The notes beneath the pieces were generated by a model. It ran no database searches. It was not told where the DNA came from and saw only the letters and a program-made list of their open reading frames with translations. Of a stretch of DNA of 38,431 bases, positions 35,328-38,431 are shown one piece after another; within the stretch, counting starts at the first letter, position 1; each line of letters begins with the position of its first letter. The stretch comes from a virus. Lineage: Duplodnaviria > Caudoviricetes. A program made the position numbers and the translations under genes. The stretch is taken from positions 1-38,431 of IMG/VR virus record IMGVR_UViG_3300043372_000116; one strand, 5' to 3'.

Positions 35328-35990
35328 TTAAAATTCGTCGATTTCGTCGGGAACTGGCGCGGGCTTTGGCGCGGGCTTTGGCACGGGCTTGGGAGCAGCG
35401 ACAGGTGCCGGTGCGGCCTTCGGCACGGGCGCCGCTTCAGCAGCCGCGCCACCAAAAGCCGCTGGCGTTGCTGTCCACCCAACGATCGCCCACTTCGGCG
35501 TCTTGAATTTTAGCTCGCCCTGGGGCGTCGGGATCTTGACGGTTTCAGTGCCAGTGATCTCGATGACGGCCGACTTGCCAGGCTGCGCCGCGCTGTCGGC
35601 GACGTAGCGATCGTGCAGCGTGTCGATTGCGCGCTGGACCGTCTTCGCTGTGTGGGAAAACTCGCGCAGCCCAAATTCCTTAGTGAACAGCTTGAAGCGC
35701 ACGCAGAACTTGTGCTCCGGGCTGGGCCTTGCGGGCGTCGGCTCGTTGATTTTAGCCATCACAAAGTCGGGCACATTGTTAATAAAAGCAAGCCAGCCTG
35801 TCTCGATGTTGGCGAAGTCGGCCACCGCGCGGAGCGGATAAGTGACTTCGATCTCTTCGTTTTCCCATGTGCCAGACGTCTCGTCCTGGATGCGGGCCTT
35901 TGCGATCATGTCGCCTGACTTCGCGTCGAACTTGAAGATCGGGAGACGGTCGCCACTGCCGGAAGATGATGTCGGAATGTTGAGAGCCAT
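35328..35990 (-). CDS. SSB-like protein
   Basis: Beta-rich core, Pro/Ala/Lys linker, acidic-aromatic tail DEIDEF. Confidence 0.65.
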   Translation of the reverse strand: MALNIPTSSSGSGDRLPIFKFDAKSGDMIAKARIQDETSGTWENEEIEVTYPLRAVADFANIETGWLAFINNVPDFVMAKINEPTPARPSPEHKFCVRFKLFTKEFGLREFSHTAKTVQRAIDTLHDRYVADSAAQPGKSAVIEITGTETVKIPTPQGELKFKTPKWAIVGWTATPAAFGGAAAEAAPVPKAAPAPVAAPKPVPKPAPKPAPVPDEIDEF

Positions 35991-36036
35991 GCGTTTTTCC
36001 TTGCTTGTTGAAACCACTTTTCCCGGTGGCGTCGGG

Positions 36037-36507
36037 TTACTTCTGAGCCGCAAACCAAGCGATAAGGCTCGCATCGGCGCGCCCGTCGTCTTTCTTGCGT
36101 GCGAAAAGGTGGGCGTAGGCCGGGAACATCTCGGCGGCGCGTGCGCGAGCCCCGTCCGGGCCGTCGCGCAGCTTGACGGCCTTCTGCCAGGCTTGCGGCG
36201 TGACGTAGTCTGTCGGGATCAGCAGCGCGGCGAGGACCCCTTCTACGTGCCCGACGCCTCGACCGAACTGGAACATCGACGAGACGCCTTGGCCGGGCAT
36301 CGCGCCGACCTTCTCCACCAGCGCGAAAGCCGGCATGCGGCCGCGCACGATCGCCGCCAGCATCTGCGGGCTGATCTCGTTCTTCAGGCTTGCGCCGCGC
36401 TTCACTGCCACGGTCGGCATGTCGATGATGTCGAGCGTGCCGGCGTCGGGGTCGAAGAAGGCTAGGGCGCCTGTTCCGCCGCAATCGATTCCAACTAGGC
36501 TAGGCAT
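36037..36507 (-). CDS. RuvC-like Holliday junction resolvase
   Basis: VGIDCG..GA, LVEKV...PGQG..SMF.FG, VTPQAW, DGRADA.LIA. Confidence 0.9.
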   Translation of the reverse strand: MPSLVGIDCGGTGALAFFDPDAGTLDIIDMPTVAVKRGASLKNEISPQMLAAIVRGRMPAFALVEKVGAMPGQGVSSMFQFGRGVGHVEGVLAALLIPTDYVTPQAWQKAVKLRDGPDGARARAAEMFPAYAHLFARKKDDGRADASLIAWFAAQK

Positions 36508-37027
36508 CTGAATAGCTTCCCTTGCTGTTAATGCCGTGAACAAGGTGAATGGAGACGTCAAAATCGTAGGCGATTTGAATTGCTTCGCCGCGTTTCAGCC
36601 GCCCAGTTTTCGAACGCGGCGCTTGCTCCAGCGCGCGGCGAATTGCACGAGCATTCGCGTTCGACAACAAAGCCCTCGGATGATTTTCGGCTGATTGCCA
36701 TGTGCCGTGTTCGCGCTTGTGAAAGATATTTTCACGTTGCGTCGCTTGAAGGAGGTTCAGAGCCCGATTGTCTGAGCGATCATTATTGATGTGGCAAACG
36801 ACCAGCGAGGTATTCAACTCGCCAACAAACGCCTGATACACGAGGCGGTGGACAAAGAAGTGTTGCCTGTCCAATTGAACGCGCTTGTAGCCGTCCCGGT
36901 CGACTTCAAATTGCATGTAGTGGTACGGCTTATTTCGCTCTGGATTTGCCTTGTTGATGCGCTTGCGGATCTGCCCGCAATCAGAAATCTCATAGCGGGT
37001 GTGGCCGGTGATCGGGTTCCAGCGCAT
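36500..37027 (-). CDS. NUMOD4-HNH homing endonuclease
   Basis: W.PI.G..RYEISDCG.IR, VHRLV..AF, VCHINNDRSDNR..NL...T..EN; lower GC. Confidence 0.88.
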   Translation of the reverse strand: MRWNPITGHTRYEISDCGQIRKRINKANPERNKPYHYMQFEVDRDGYKRVQLDRQHFFVHRLVYQAFVGELNTSLVVCHINNDRSDNRALNLLQATQRENIFHKREHGTWQSAENHPRALLSNANARAIRRALEQAPRSKTGRLKRGEAIQIAYDFDVSIHLVHGINSKGSYSDA

Positions 37028-37254
37028 CAATCCAGCCCGCCGGCCTGCACTTGCATGCGCAGGCCAAGCGCGCCGAGATAGTTCAGCGCTGTCGAAAGCT
37101 TGACGTCGCCGCCACGCTCCATCGTGTACCAATAGCCAGAGTGTGATACGTGCGCCTGATCGCAGAGGGCGCGGAGCGAAAGGCCGCGCGCGACGCGGTG
37201 TTCTTCGACGAGCTGGATCAGGTCAGCGGTCGAGTTGATTTCGGTGTTGGGCAA
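37027..37254 (-). CDS. XRE/Cro-like HTH protein
   Basis: RVARGLSLRALCDQAHVS...VKLSTALNYLGALG; TTG start with GGAG RBS. Confidence 0.75.
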   Translation of the reverse strand: MPNTEINSTADLIQLVEEHRVARGLSLRALCDQAHVSHSGYWYTMERGGDVKLSTALNYLGALGLRMQVQAGGLD

Positions 37255-37357
37255 TGGATGCTCCCCAATGTCACGACGACACGCGCCAGACACTGGGGAA
37301 GTCTTGTCAAGCCGACAAGTCGCGACTTGAGAATTTAACAATCAATCCAAAGAAACT

Positions 37358-38179
37358 TTAGGCTTCGTAGGGCTCAAGCTGCGCCCAGTTGGGAACCGCC
37401 AGCTCGACAACGTCTTCCACGGCCAGCGCAGTCTCGCCGCGCTCGACCATCGCCTGGGCGTCGTGCCAGGCGATCGCGGCGCGCTCCATCATCAGTCGCC
37501 CCGTCTGCAGAGAGCGGGGGTCGAGGGTGTAGAGGCGGCACATATAGGGGGCCTCTGTCTCGACGGCGATGAACATGAAGCGATCAAGATCCCAGCCGAC
37601 AATCTCGCGGTAGCCGGCGGAATAGTGCGCGGCCTGCAGGTGGTAGCTGAAGCTCGCTATCTGCCGCGCAAAGCCGTCTGGCGAGGCGTCCCGGCACGTC
37701 TTGACGTCGAAGATGGTTGCCCCGGCGAGGTAGTCCATGCGGGATTTGCAGGGCGCGCCATGCTGGTTCCACATCCCCGTCACCTCGGCAGCCCCGCCTG
37801 TCATCTCGCGGTGGATGACGGGGTTCGCCAGGACGCTTTCGGCGACCCGCTGCGCACGGGCAAATGTGTCTTCGTCGACAACCATCTTGTCGCCGGCGCT
37901 CGCCTCAAACTCCTCCGCCGCTTTCTTGCCGATTGTCGTGCGCCGGTCGAATTTTGGTGCGACGGCGACGTTATCCACAATTGTTTTCGGCTCAAGGACC
38001 AGCGCATGGACGAGCGTCCCGAGCTGCATGGCGGGTGTTGATTTCCGTGCCGACAAGCGGTCGGCGAGGAAGTGTGCAGGAGAGCGGAGGAGCTGTTTTG
38101 CCCCCGATGCGCTCAAAGCGTTTACTGAAAAGTAATCTTCAGCCGGGATGCCGTGATAAAGACCTGGGGTTGTTTGCAT
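37358..38179 (-). CDS. PD-(D/E)XK exonuclease, RecE/exonuclease VIII-like
   Basis: LSASG.K.LL.SPAH, GTLVH..VLEP, CKSRMD, DVKTC, YHLQAAHY, FIAVETEAPY. Confidence 0.9.
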   Translation of the reverse strand: MQTTPGLYHGIPAEDYFSVNALSASGAKQLLRSPAHFLADRLSARKSTPAMQLGTLVHALVLEPKTIVDNVAVAPKFDRRTTIGKKAAEEFEASAGDKMVVDEDTFARAQRVAESVLANPVIHREMTGGAAEVTGMWNQHGAPCKSRMDYLAGATIFDVKTCRDASPDGFARQIASFSYHLQAAHYSAGYREIVGWDLDRFMFIAVETEAPYMCRLYTLDPRSLQTGRLMMERAAIAWHDAQAMVERGETALAVEDVVELAVPNWAQLEPYEA

Positions 38180-38286
38180 TTTTGGTTTTTTCCGGTCGTC
38201 TAATCCGCGCTCCTTAAGCACTGCCGTCTAATAAAACGAACAATTGTTACGGGGTCAAACACAACTTTAGTTAGTTTTTTCACAGG

Positions 38287-38431
38287 CAGAAACAGATGTT
38301 TCGGGGGGGGGGGGGGGGGTAAACAAGGCGGTTTCAGTATCCGTCAAATTTGTGCCTTGCGCCTAGTGTACAAGGCAGTTATTGCAATCCATCAAGAAAG
38401 TAGTTCTCACGTAAACGTGACAGGAATCAGC
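38287..38431 (+). repeat. Right copy of terminal overlap
   Basis: Identical to 1-142 except G17 at 38303-38319. Confidence 0.97.

Larger units (their letters stand above)
1..38431. mobile_element. Complete temperate phage genome, circular form, podovirus-like, probable alphaproteobacterial host
   Basis: Terminal overlap, intact attP, and full integration, replication, packaging, head, tail and lysis modules; no host housekeeping genes. Confidence 0.93.

Noticed and set aside
35356-35392. 12-bp tandem repeat GGCGCGGGCTTT
   Set aside because: Encodes the PKPA linker of the SSB-like protein.

Overview
The window is an apparently complete, circularly permuted genome (about 38.3 kb unique) of a GC-rich temperate tailed phage, probably infecting Alphaproteobacteria. 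The ends overlap (1-142 = 38287-38431) and differ only in a poly-G run (G14 vs G17). An intact attP with the 3' half of tRNA-Pro(TGG) sits next to a tyrosine integrase, so this is the excised or virion form. Most genes are on the minus strand: RecE-like nuclease, Cro-like HTH, HNH, RuvC-like resolvase, SSB-like protein, primase-helicase and probable origin, terS, HNH, an array of small paralogous ORFs, terL, head spike/fibre genes, a 507-aa orphan, portal, scaffold, capsid, adaptor, tail fibre, holin, endolysin, nozzle, ejection proteins and spanins. No tape measure or sheath gene is visible, so a podovirus-like tail is inferred. An accessory block (4687-7394) carries a second tyrosine recombinase, a secreted protein, a C4-like antisense RNA with an antirepressor, and a GNAT toxin with an atypical partner. 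The best candidates for undescribed biology are (i) a possible virion-packaged effector with a convergent small immunity-like gene upstream of the portal, (ii) an Fe-S PP-loop (PAPS-reductase family) enzyme coupled inside the ejection-protein operon, (iii) a junction-repeat array of modular small ORFs between terS and terL, and (iv) a variable poly-G tract in the lysis/lysogeny control region. All product calls come from motif recognition and gene order; no database search was run.
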